A DNA stretch of 63,556 nt, the filler included, from Collodictyon triciliatum (Eukaryota): assembly GCA_043381765.1 (NCBI GenBank). It is 11 parts of 11 records of this genome, joined end to end, with 100 filler letters (N's around TTAATTAATTAA, not from the genome) between each part and the next. Parts side by side here need not be neighbours in the genome. Positions count along the whole stretch, not along the records: positions 1 to 6,120 come from JBHJMP010004694.1; positions 6,221 to 12,340 come from JBHJMP010004695.1; positions 12,441 to 18,559 come from JBHJMP010004696.1; positions 18,660 to 24,775 come from JBHJMP010004697.1; 7 more parts are not named here. One strand, written 5' to 3'. Position numbers and translations under genes: made by a program. The notes beneath the pieces were generated by a model. The model was not told the DNA's origin and ran no database searches. It was given only the letters and a program-made list of their open reading frames with translations. Shown here in pieces: positions 1 through 18,660 of the stretch. Each line of letters begins with the position of its first letter. Position 1 is the stretch's first letter.

Positions 1-83
1 TTCTTTTTCTTTTTCTTTTTCTTTTTCTTTTTCTTTTTCTTTTTCTTTTTCTTTTTCTTTTTTTTTTTTTTCTTTCTTTTTTT

Positions 84-162
<79 letters not shown>

Positions 163-1008
163 TCATTCTCAGGCCGCCCCAACAAGAGCCGAAAAAGTTA
201 CGTTCTGTAAGCAGTCTATACTTGGACATACATAAAGCCCTTGTTTTCTTCGTAGCCTTGCATTAGTCTTCTGTAATTATTTTTTCTTCGCTGTTCTTTT
301 TCTTCTCGATTTTTAACTATCATAACCCGAAAGCACAATGGCAGATGATAGGTATATAGCATCCAATAAGCAACGCACAAGTGCGAGCTCTTATTCATCT
401 CTATCATGAACTAAAAGCAGCATAACCCTCACCCAGGCCAACACCAGCCTCCAACTCAGGGCGAGCATCAGTACCAGGAACGCCTCACGGAGTTGATGGC
501 GGCCGATTCAACACCGAGCTTCTACAGTAGCTCACACGCTTAGAAAAATCATGTTAAGACCATTATACAACCCTGCGTACAATATCCTGCTATTCCTTCC
601 ACCTTTTGGCCAACAAAATGCATGCTGGCAGAGAAATTTCCCAAAAGAATTATGTTTTCCACAAAAAGAAAGTGGATAGCGTTGGTAGAATTTCCACACT
701 GGGAAACATCATTTATCAATTTTGATCTGGTAACACGAACCGATCAGGCCAAAGAAAAGGATGTAAAGGAAGCCTGTTATGTCGTAAGCTCCAGTGAAAC
801 GGATCACTTGCAACAAAATAAAACAAAACATAAACACAAAAACAAACAAAAAGTAAAGTAACAAAACAAAACAAAAAAAAGAAGAAAATGACAAAACGTG
901 AACAAAAACAAAAATAAAAGAAAATGACAAAACACAAACAGAAAGACAAAATATAATATATATACTTTACTAAAAACAGAACCATTTTCCATCACCCTTT
1001 TCGCAGTG

Positions 1009-1657
1009 ATGCAACCCGTTCTTGACTACCAACAAGGCTCAGACTCCAGCAGCGATCAATACAGCCTCGAAGCAGAGCGGCATATCCCCAATCAACCCAG
1101 AATGCAGATTATCAACCACGCCAACAATATCAACAACGAAAACGACATTCACGCAGCCCAGGAAGACAACTACGAGAAAGAAGCCCCGTGCAGCCAACTC
1201 TGCCAAGCATTTTTTGGATCTTGCTCTGCCTCCTCAGCGGAAAATCAGGTGGAGCGGTTTGAACAGCAGCGATCAAACTTGCCGAACAGGGGCGCTTTTC
1301 TCATATGTGGCAAGGTCCTTGTGATGGGATTCCGGCCGTATTCCGTTTGGGCTTCGCTTTGCATGACTACTGGGGTTTTGATTGTCTATGGGCTGCTGCT
1401 TTGGGGGTCGCTTCTTGGGCAGCTCTTTGGCGCGCTTCTGTACAGCCATTCATCTCTAACGTTGGCGCAAGGCTCGTCTGTGCGACTCTATGGTGATGTG
1501 TATTATGTCATGTATGATATAACCGTCCCGGATGGAGCGCAAGCTCTGCGCCTTCAATGGCATAGTCCTGTCTTGAACCGCACATACTCGCACGTGGATT
1601 CGTTTCCAGGTTACTGACTTTGTTCATAAAATATCTGCATTTTTTTATTTTTTCACA

Positions 1658-1756
<99 letters not shown>

Positions 1757-2886
1757 TTAGTGATGTTTGGGATTGAATCGAATACCTGAATTTTTAGTGT
1801 TACTCGTACAATATCGTTATTACCACTTCTATTAGCTTCATTACTTTGGGTATATGGTTGACTCATCTGCTCAATTGATGACATTATAAATAAAGGAAGC
1901 AGAGTTGGCCGACACAAAAGCGACTTCTTTTTGTCTGATGAAAGAGATATAAGACCTGGTCAGTATCTCTTTAGTGTACATTATTTCTCATCAACTAAAT
2001 ATGCGCTTTTGAGTACACAATATGATATGGCCCAAGTCGGGTTGGAGCCAGAATGCTACCTACGAGATTGTCATTTTAATCAGGTATCCGATTCACATGG
2101 CCACACAACAGTTACATCTAAGCTCATATCTATCTCCTATTGCTATTTTCTATTTGGAATTTAGTTGCATAATTATTTCTACAACCTCGTTTAGGCTATG
2201 TGAGCAACACAATTCTCTTCGTTCGTGATTCAGATTGACCATCTGTTTGATCGGATACTCTTTCTATATTTAACTGACATTTCCCCTATCAATAGAATAT
2301 GAGGGAGAAGGATTTGCTCCCCGCATTAAATGTACATAGTGTAAGGATATTCAAAGGTGTATCTAAGAAACTATATGATAGTGCAACATCCTCAACAAAA
2401 TGGATACACTACTTTCTGGTCGTCATCAACGTGCTTTTACTTTTATTTTTCTCGAGAGTTTTTTGCGAGGTCAGGAGTTTACAAATTACATGATACCATA
2501 TGCATTTTTTTCAATTTTGCTTTATTCATCTATTCTGTGTGTGCAAGATGAGATACATATGTCTTTTTCAAGCAATAATGCGTTTTTTTTTTTTTTTTTG
2601 CTTCCTCGTTCCTGAAAGAAAAGAAAAGATAATATATTCCACTGACCACCCTTCGAATAACCAATACCAGATGATATTAGTGAGGAGACTATTTCTGGCA
2701 TCGCCTATTTTTCTTATTGTCCTAACAATAATCCTTGGAGTGATAAGAAAATCATCATATTCTGCCCTGGTGTATTTCTGTAGTCTGTTTATTATTGGCT
2801 TCCCGTTCATTTTGCTACTGGCACTCACAGTTCGGATTTTCATCAAGAGAAAGTATTTCCTATTAAATAACTATGTTCTGAAATGA
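1009..2886 (+). CDS. Hypothetical multi-exon, multi-pass membrane protein
   Basis: A 203-codon ORF with a polar N-terminus, then a hydrophobic segment and a GT donor near 1610. Later ORF pieces (about 1900-2083, 2297-2490 and 2603-2886) carry TM-like stretches. Exon boundaries are approximate. Confidence 0.5.
1659..1755. repeat. (TAT)n microsatellite, intronic
   Basis: Seen directly; one example of many SSRs, including (AAT)n near 2908-2974, (AAAC)n near 5288-5390 and (ATC AT)n near 51367-51494. Confidence 0.95.
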
Positions 2887-2906
2887 ACAAAACTGCTCCT
2901 TTTTAA

Positions 2907-2975
<69 letters not shown>

Positions 2976-3090
2976 CAGCAATCATAATAAGAACTTTCAA
3001 TTTGAAGTGTTCACCTGACAAGCTAGCAAATGTACTCCATCATCTTTTTGATAATCCCAATTTCAAATCAATCACCAACCCCCCAACAGG

Positions 3091-4762
3091 ACTCTCGAGT
3101 TGATGCACTATGATGATCCACGCAGACTTTTAGTTCTTGTACAGCAAATGCGTGAGGTAATAAACCAAACTCAGAACTCAATACATCAATTAGTCGAGAC
3201 GAAGCGATTTTCAGCCAACCAAGGAAACACTTTCAAATACTACTGCCCGATCTGCATGCTCTACTTTAAATGTACCCCATCATCTATTTTTTTGTTTATA
3301 TTTATGTTTTTGTTTTATTTTGTTCATATCCTAGTTTATGCATTGCAGTCTCATCTAACTGCCATTTTGAGGGATGATGCTAATTCCATTACCTTTAAAT
3401 TGAAAGTGAATAAATTCAAATAAAACACATAATTGTAGAAAATATCACTGAATTTAAGAAAATAAAAAAATCATTCACGTCTTTTTATACTTTAAATTTT
3501 CCTCTAGCAATTATGGAGACTACATGCTGTGATCAATACATCTGCATGGATTGCGTGATTTCTTTTGCCCGAAGTAATATTCCCACGGGACTCAAAAGAT
3601 TATATTCATATTTATCATCTTCAGGCCTAGTTTTTTTTTCTTTCCCCCGTCCCCCTCTGACACGTTGTACATATTCCTCCCTTTTTGTCACGATTCTAGG
3701 CAAAGGGATTATCCCAGAAGAGTATGTTGATCTGCCTGAATCATTTCCCTCTACCAGTTGTCCATATTGTACAAAAACAAACTTCCAGGTGAATAATTTG
3801 TCATATCTTTTACGCATCTATCATGCTGTAATACGCGTTCATTCTTCGATAAAATAGTCCCGGAGTATTTTATATGTATTTTAGACATGGAATTAAATCA
3901 ACAGACAAAGTGCTTGCATTATTTCCCCTTATTTCTTTCTTTATTTTTTAAAACATTCTGTAGGTTATTGTGCCCAGCGAATCAGAAGAGACAAAAGATT
4001 ACCAGGACAGTCCACGACAAGGCAAGACTCGTAAAGATTCTCCAGTTTTGAAAATCGGCGACTCGTTTGAAAGAATGAAAGTAAGATTGACACAAATACA
4101 CTACAAACAATACTTTCCTCTTCAAGTTCCGGGTAGAAAATGCACACACACGAAGGATTAAGAAACTTTGAAAACCTCTCCCGCAGGCCAAAATGATTAA
4201 GCTTGAGAGCTTGGCTCCGCTACCAGACCCAGAGAAGAGCAAATCTGTTACGAATTCCCCCGTGAGAGACAAGTAATATACCATACTCTTATAAATAACC
4301 AATCCACAAGAAAAGAAAACATTTCGTACTGTCATTTATCCTTTCTTTGACGCAGTCATCAGAACTTGACCAAAATACATTGGTGTTGGCTGGCCTCGTT
4401 TCTTTCTTCCCTTCTTTCATCATCCAGACATATACACACAAACCTAACCATCACTCTTGCATATATCCAGCCGTCCTCTTCCGCCAAACACAATGTCGCC
4501 TGCACAGTTATCATCAGACCACTCGCTCGCCAGCGAAGACCAAGTGAGAGAACACCAAAGCTCGCCTGTGTTCGTGAACAGAGACAACCAGGAGCAGCAA
4601 ATGCACAGAGTCGAGCATCGCACGGGCATTTTGGCCGATGGCTCGCTCCCGAGACCCCCCGAGCAACACGCAGACTACGACCAAATGCTCCCAAACACAC
4701 CCTCGCACAGCATCTCGGTGATGCGGCTGGGGTCTTTGGAGTTTGGGCCGCGGAATCAGTGA
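3091..4762 (+). CDS. RING-type zinc-finger protein, SIP5/DA2/GW2-like (putative E3 ligase), multi-exon
   Basis: Spliced motif YCPICMLYF / METTCCDQYICMDC / SCPYCTKTNFQV across exons at about 3091-3271, 3508-3586 and 3701-3789, followed by low-complexity exons. The 5' end is uncertain. Confidence 0.65.
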
Positions 4763-6028
4763 TTGTTGTTTGATATGTGAATTCCAGTGTGACAACTCTC
4801 TTTTTCTTTCTTTTTTTTCTTTCTTGCTTTTCATTGATTGAGAAGTTGATATATCCTGTTTGATGTCATTTTTCTTTCTAAGATTTTTAAAATTATCGGT
4901 CATTATCTTCGTGAAATCAAAGTTTTGGTCTTGGTCTTAATCATGTTCATATGTTCTCTTTACTATATATATGCTATTAAAAAGAGAGAGGGAATAAAAT
5001 CGAAACATGTGAAATCTGTTATGCCCATCATTTACCTGACAAATATTTTCTTGAACATATTTTCAGTTTTGCTCACAGTAGGAAAGATACAAGCCCATCA
5101 CGCATAGAAAGAATAGAAAGAAACATGCATATTCAAGAAGGCTGTCAGAATACCGATTACTGCGTATTAAGATAGATTATTGATGGGTTGTCTGCGCCCG
5201 TCTAAAATAATCTTCATCTACCATGGATCCTTTCGAATAATCCAACGGGGGAAAAATGTTGTTATGAGGTAAAAATGTGAAAGAGTAAACAAACAAACAA
5301 ACAAACAAACAAACAAACAAACAAACAAACAAACAAACAAACAAACAAACAAACAAACAAACAAACAAACAAACAAACAAACAAACAAACATTCGAGGCA
5401 GGTTCATTCGTAAAGTTCGAAACATAAAAATATGATAGTTTATGTAATTCAACTTTCTCTCCTTTTTTTTTTTTTACTGGAGTTTGTCCTATGTGAGAAA
5501 ACGACGAGCAAACATATGCGCCCTTAACATAGCGTCACCTAAACTCATGATGTCGCCTTAAGTGTGTACCAATCAACTTGCTTCAACTTCTTCAACCGCA
5601 GCTCAATCTATTTTTGATAACCGCATGACAAAGAAGGATGAAGAATACATACATACATATATAAACATATCCAGGGTGGTCTGCATAGAAAACAATTTAA
5701 AAAGAGTACAAATAAAGGCTAAACTCAAAGCCGCATAATATTTCAAGCTCTAAGAAAATATTCCACGATTATGTGCGTGTGTCAAAGAATACCTTTGGGC
5801 TGCTATAGCTAATCGTCGATTCTTTTGGGATGATTGTGGACGACAGTCTTATATCGAGATAAAGTGGCGGGCCGCCTCCAATACGCTTCAACAGAGCTGT
5901 AATCTGTGTCATTATCATTATCATAATCATTACCATTATTATTAATAGAAAATAGAGACTTTAAAAGCATTATTCACAGTTAGCACATAAAATTTAAAAA
6001 TTGAGAACTATGCAAAAAAAAAAAAAAA

Positions 6029-6111
<83 letters not shown>

Positions 6112-6220
6112 CCAACAAAANNNNNNNNNNNNNNNNNNNNNNNNNNNNNNNNNNNNNNNNNNNNTTAATTAATTAANNNNNNNNNNNNNNNNNNNNNNNN
6201 NNNNNNNNNNNNNNNNNNNN

Positions 6221-7531
6221 AAGTGACAGATACCCGCCCCAGTTCATGTCGTTGCTGTTGGCTGTCACAAGGATAACATCCCACTAACAAATTCTGATTG
6301 TAAAACAAAGTTCACTTTCTTTATTTTAGCAATAGATAAGCACATACTGACGAATTTTTGTGTTTGATTCGCAAACGGTCTTTGCAGCAGCGGCGATTTC
6401 GGCAGGGTTGCTACTGTTGATGAAGTGGTTCGCTCCAAGCTTGATGGCTTCCTCTTTCTTTTTCTCTGAGTGAGAAATGGTGGTTACTTCGCCTCCTAGG
6501 GCCTGCATTTTTTTTTTTGTTTTTAAATATATAAACCCATGAATCCTCTTTAAAGCGATATATGCCGTGAAGATATTTTATTTTGTAACATAAATATCAT
6601 AGTGAAAACAAACCTTGGCAAACTGGATTCCCAGATGCCCATGTCCTCCGATACTAATCATTCCCACCTTGATTCCGTTGCTTGCACGGTCGCTGCTTAT
6701 AAAAAAACGTATATGTATAGCGCGTCGTTTCTTATATCAATAAATTATGTAACTTAGGTATTGTGAGTCTAAATGATGTCCCTACCGCCTCAGGGGAGCG
6801 AAAACTGTGATTCCAACACTTAGAAGAGGAGCAGCAACATCAGAAGGGATACTCTCTGGGTTGAGGAAGGCGGAGTCGGACAAGAGACGGACGCGGTCGG
6901 CATATCCACCCCTTGAGAGCTCACCGTCAGCGTAGGGTATATTGTGGGTGAATACTTTCTTTGGGCAGCATTGGTTATCCTTGTTGCTGCACTCCTCACA
7001 ATCGGGCTTCAGACAGGCAAAATACTGAGCGCCCACGCCCACCCGGTCTCCTGCATTGAAGGAAGGTCGATATTGGTGAGAGGTGAGCGCAAGACTACGT
7101 AACATGCAAAGCTTTACATAGATGGCATATATTTTATGAGACTTGCCATCAAGTTCGTCATGTTATGACCTGCGGCAACAACCTCGCCGATAATCTCATG
7201 TCCAACCACCATAAGATAGACTGACCTCTTCCAGCCGGTATCGATGGTATGGATATCTGTAAAGTTGTGATAATACGGATAAGTGGAGCAACAACATCAG
7301 AGTCTATGGCGCGGCGTTGCTTCTCATCACAAGCTGAGCTTTACAACCTGCTGCAGCCTCTGTGTGTTTTTTTCAAAGGTCACTCACCTGACCCGCAGAT
7401 TCCGCAGTGGGTGATTTTGAACTCAAAGTTGCGCGGGCCAAGGATGCAGGATGATACGTCCATGGCTCAAGAGCTGCTCCAGCACTCAATGCGGCATAGG
7501 AGTGGAATGAAACGCTGGTGTCAACGGCCAT
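6221..7531 (-). pseudogene. Decayed Zn-dependent NADP alcohol dehydrogenase (CAD/Adh6-like, MDR family), cut at the scaffold end
   Basis: Motifs FEFKITHCGICGS, DIHTIDTGW, VVGHEIIGEV, GDRVGVGAQ..C...CEEC......CC, GGYADRVR and ALGGEVTTISHSEKKKEEAIKLGA. Lesions: 1-nt frameshift near 7437, APLLSVG in place of APLLCAG, and SIGGHG in place of GIGGLG. Confidence 0.8.
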
Positions 7532-9463
7532 GTGGCTGCTTTTTATATGGGATAGAAGCGGGGCAAGTTGAAAGAAAATAAAGCAATCTTGGTGGGCATT
7601 ATCATTGGCGTGCTGGGTTGAGAAATCATCCCCAAGATGCTCTGACAAGGTTGAGGCAGGATGATGAAAAATACATAATGGTTATTTAGATTGTGGTTTT
7701 TAAGATTCTCGTCACTTTTTTTGATTTTTTTGCAGTTACAGTTGGGTTGCTGTTGATAGGTCAATTCATTGAGAAAACAGAGATATGTCACGCGTGGTGC
7801 TCGGCAAAGCAATCCACTTATCGTTCAGATTTCATAAGGAAATATCTTACCTCTTCAATCTTCTGTCATCTGTCAAACCGGACGCCTATTTGTGTGTTCC
7901 TCAAGCTAGACATGCGTCTTTTTATATGTCCTGTTAAATCCCAGCCGGCAATGGCGAAGCACATTCGAAACGCATTAAGTGAAGTCCCTTTGGCGAGGCG
8001 GCAGACAGGATGACATGTGGGCCCTATTGGGTCAAAGGTATCCTAGAAGCCTCTGGAAGCTTTCGCCTTCAGTGCAACCTTTACTGGAAAAACCACCTGT
8101 ATTTTATATTCCTCCATAATCTAATCATCCTTTATGTCACACTGGGAATGTCTTTTCAACTTTGGTTTTTTTTTAGATTATAAATTGAGTTGCCACATGA
8201 AAGTAACCAAAGACACTCCATCACTCTGTGCTTCTTTTACTTGAGTATCAAGGCAGCCATTGTTACTTATCCGAAATGATACTCCAAAGCGAAGGCAACA
8301 CAATAATCAGCGCCCACCAAAGATAGTCCGTTTACCCTCCCCAGCCCGTTGCACCGAGAACCAAGGAGCAAGAGCAAATGCCACAAGTCGAATCCGAGCT
8401 TGAAACTCCACATACCAATGACAGTCCGAGCAAGCAGGAGCGTATATTTCTAAAACCACATACAAGTTTGGCCATATTCCGGTTAGGCGAAGTCCACTGC
8501 CAAATACGCATGGTTACAAAACCAGGAGACGGTCAAGCGCCACTTCCGTGAATACCAGACAAACAACGATATATCGCGTTCTGTCTGAGTCGCCCAGCAA
8601 GAAACGTAAGGAAAGTGACCCGTTGTCCCCTCAAAAGACTCAATCCTGTGGAATGAAATAGGATGTACGGCTTGTCCGAGATAGACGGTTGAAAGGTCTT
8701 GTTGGAATCGATTCTTGAATTAACAGCCTTGNNNNNNNNNNNNNNNNNNNNNNNNNNNNNNNNNNNNNNNNNNNNNNNNNNNNNNNNNNNNNNNNNNNNN
8801 NNNNNNNNNNNNNNNNNNNNNNNNNNNNNNNNNNNNNNNNNNNNNNNNNNNNNNNNNNNNNNNNNNNNNNNNNNNNNNNNNNNNNNNNNNNNNNNNNNNN
8901 NNNNNNNNNNNNNNNNNNNNNNNNNNNNNNNNNNNNNNNNNNNNNNNNNNNNNNNNNNNNNNNNNNNNNNNNNNNNNNNNNNNNNNNNNNNNNNNNNNNN
9001 NNNNNNNNNNNNNNNNNNNNNNNNNNNNNNNNNNNNNNNNNNNNNNNNNNNNNNNNNNNNNNNNNNNNNNNNNNNNNNNNNNNNNNNNNNNNNNNNNNNN
9101 NNNNNNNNNNNNNNNNNNNNNNNNNNNNNNNNNNNNNNNNNGACAAATCAGGCATCATTACGCAAATTGCCTCCCAATTTTGGATATTGGTATATCATAC
9201 CAAATCTGTCGAAATAGTCATTTCTGGAATAAATGCACGTCAATTTTCCCTTTTTGCGCTAAACCCTCTACTACAAACCTGCCAAAAACCACAACTCTGT
9301 TTTGTGACTTTGATCGAGCACAGGCTCGGTTGAGGCAATTACCAACATCAAACACATACATACAACACGCTACACCTCCCTGTCTTTTCGTATCTTTGGA
9401 AATAGTTATTATTTTATTGTATCTGTTGAACTCTGTTTTACTCTTGCCACCACTTCTCAGCCG

Positions 9464-10346
9464 ATGGACACTGCAAGCAAAGCACCACACAAAGAAGCTG
9501 CTTTGTCCCAAGGCGAGAGCGAAGTCGATTCAAGAGCAGGAAGTGAGATGGTGGGTCTGACAACAGAGTCTAAAGGTGCGAAAGCAAGTCACTCTGGGCA
9601 AGGTCGCGCCCCTTCAAAAGCTGTAGTGGACGATGGGTTTGGGGCCAAGATTGTGCTGGGTGGTTCGTGGACTTGGATGCAACTCGCGCAGCGAATCGGC
9701 GGTGAGCAAACCGTGCAGCGCATCATATCGCAAAGCTCTACAACAGGCATTCTGGCAGCCTTGCTTTGTGCATTTGCATTCACAGCAATATCTGCTCCAC
9801 CGAGTGAGCTGACTGGAAAAGACGGTGTTTCTCGCGCATATGTGATCTGCATGTGTGTGTCGGCTCTCTCCTGTTTGGTTTCTGTGATGGTTTCGGCCCA
9901 TATCATCATCCACATCAATAGCATCGAATGGGATACCGAGAGTGTTGTTCGTGCTCTGGAAAAGTATGTTTTTTATGATAATTATAATAAAGAATGATTC
10001 TAGCATCGTATTCTAAGTTGCTTATTATTTTTAATCAATCATTTGGATAAATTACATATATTCTCTGTTGATTTGATAACTGCCTTTTGACAGGAATGGC
10101 TCTCATCTTGTCATCAGTATTGTACAGGGTTCTCTCTTTTTGGTTGGATTGATATTTTTATTCGTGGGTATTTGCCTTTTGATAAAGAACCTTTACGACG
10201 ACGTTGTGTTTTATGTTGTCATCGTTGTCAGTGCTTTTTTGGCGCTTATTGGATTCTATTCCATAAGAACCTTTTCCATTTCCATGTTTCAAACATACTT
10301 GGAGAGGGCCTCCGAGGTGATGGAATCTGGCAAGAAAGACTCCTAA
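9464..10346 (+). CDS. Small 4-TM membrane protein (Orai/PGG-like topology), two exons
   Basis: Exons about 9464-9963 and 10094-10346. TM segments include STTGILAALLCAFAFTAI, AYVICMCVSALSCLVSVMVS, LVGLIFLFVGICL and VVFYVVIVVSAFLALIGFY. Confidence 0.6.
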
Positions 10347-10639
10347 ACTGCGACTTTCTTTTTCCTGCACTTTGACGATACAGAAGAGGCTCACACATAC
10401 AGGGCAATAAAACTCGTAATCTCACACAATATGTCTATGAATGAATCTTTATTTGATTTCCTGATTTTCTTTTTGCTTCGTTTATATCCGTATTGTTTCA
10501 GCTATTTTCCTTTATTTTTGTTTATTCATAAGAAATCATTACTGTTATCAAGGAGTGAAATACCGTGTTTTTATATCTGTTTAAGATATAATTCAATTAC
10601 AACACGCGTCCAGGGCCACAGTTTTTGAAAATGGTCAAA

Positions 10640-12080
10640 TCAGGCGATGTAAGTACGAATAAAATCAAAGCAGCGCTCCAAGTGCTCCTCGCTTTCAGGA
10701 ATGTGCCTATGGAATAAATGCCAAGTATGAAAGACGTTGGAGTAAACGTCCACTTGGATTTTAGCGTCTTTTGCCTCGCCTAGTTTCAAACTCTGAAAGA
10801 CCAGACTGTCATCCAGAAATACTTCATCATCAGCAACAACCACCAAGACCGGAGAGCAGGAATTATCCCACGGCCCGTACATGGCATTGACCGACGGGTC
10901 TCTCGTGTCATAGCGTTGGGCTGCTTTCTTAAAGACTCTCTTTACGGTTTCCCCGTTTAATGCACAATCCAAGTCCGCGTTGCGCTCATAAGAGTCTCCT
11001 TGCGCCGCCAAATCTATTCCAGGCGACAACAAAACGCAACAAACAGGCATCTGAACACCAATATGCGCACTTGCATCGTTTCCCGGAATACCTTGTCTTT
11101 GTTGATGTAAAATGCGTTGGATGGAAAGCAAACACAGGCCCCCACCGGCGCTGTCTCCAATAAGGACGACCTTAGCATGTTGTTGAGATGCGTATTGGAG
11201 AGCCTCAACAACATCAGTCACAGACTCGGCAATGGATGATTCTGGTGCCTGTGGAAAAGATGAGCAGCTGGAAATTATGATACAGCTTAAAGCTTCATAC
11301 ATATGCGTATTATATCTATAAATAATCATTTGTTTGATAATTCTATGTGTCTGCGGGGAGAGACCCTACCAATCTGTATTGAGGAAAATAGACAGGGCAA
11401 CTGAGACGTCGCGATAATGTCTGTGCGAATCCATGGTAAGCAGAGAAATCTCCCGATACAAACCCCCCTCCATGAACATACACAACGCAGTACTCCGAAA
11501 TGCTTTTTGCCTCATCTAGAGACAAGGTATTCTTTGCAGCACAATATAGGCGAATCAAAGGGCAATGTCCGAGAGAGATGAGGGAGATTTCCTCCGTCTC
11601 ATTCTCGCCCCCACTATCGGGAGGACAAACCAGTGCTAAGAAAGGTTGCCGTATTTGCTCCACTTGGTCGCTTTGATGGTCTCTGTATCGACGAAAGAAG
11701 CGCCGCCATCTGCTCATAGGCCCAGATACGGGTGATGAACGCGAAGTCGTGTGGATTTGCAAAGAAGAGGGGAGGCAGACTCGGTCGAGATATATCTCAC
11801 TTTGGTCGATACTCGGTTGGCTTGTCTGATGCTCCACGGAAGGTGGCTTTGGTGTGAAAAACGACTCATTCTTCGAGTGAAAGGATTGGATAATCCTGTG
11901 ATATACATCCTCTGTGAGAAGTGAGGATTCTGACGAATGTCGGGGTGGCGATAAGAGGCAGTCTCGGACTTGCAGCTGCATGTGATTCAGACTGACGAAT
12001 GCTGTGGTGAAGAAGCGACGCAGTAGAGATGGCCGTAATGAGCCGTCCCATTGTATCGAATCCACACCCGAGTGTCTCAT
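10640..12080 (-). CDS. Alpha/beta hydrolase, hormone-sensitive-lipase family esterase
   Basis: VYVHGGGF oxyanion motif, QYRL/intron/APE, GDSAGG nucleophile, DEVFLDD acid and FHTW histidine. Intron about 11250-11371; the 5' end is uncertain. Confidence 0.9.
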
Positions 12081-12440
12081 CAGGGTGCTGCCCTCGAGGC
12101 GACGTGTTCTGGTATGAGAATGAAAAGAAGCTGTAGCGGGAATGTTTTTTATGTTTTTTATGTTTTTTTGTGTTTTTTTATGTTTTTTTATGTTTTTTTA
12201 TGTTTTTTATGTTTTTTTATGTTTTTTTATGTTTTTTTATGTTTTTATGTTTTTTTATGTTTTTTTATGTTTTTTATGTTTTTTTATGTTTTTTTATGTT
12301 TTTTTATGTTTTTTTATGTTTTTTTATGTTTTTTTATGTTNNNNNNNNNNNNNNNNNNNNNNNNNNNNNNNNNNNNNNNNNNNNTTAATTAATTAANNNN
12401 NNNNNNNNNNNNNNNNNNNNNNNNNNNNNNNNNNNNNNNN

Positions 12441-18460
<6,020 letters not shown>

Positions 18461-18660
18461 GTTTCTTTAAATCATATTTAAATTCATGTATGCTTTTTTT
18501 TTTTTTTTTTTTAATTTTTCTTTTCAATTTTGTGCAAAATTTTGGGTCTTGAACCTTTTNNNNNNNNNNNNNNNNNNNNNNNNNNNNNNNNNNNNNNNNN
18601 NNNTTAATTAATTAANNNNNNNNNNNNNNNNNNNNNNNNNNNNNNNNNNNNNNNNNNNNA

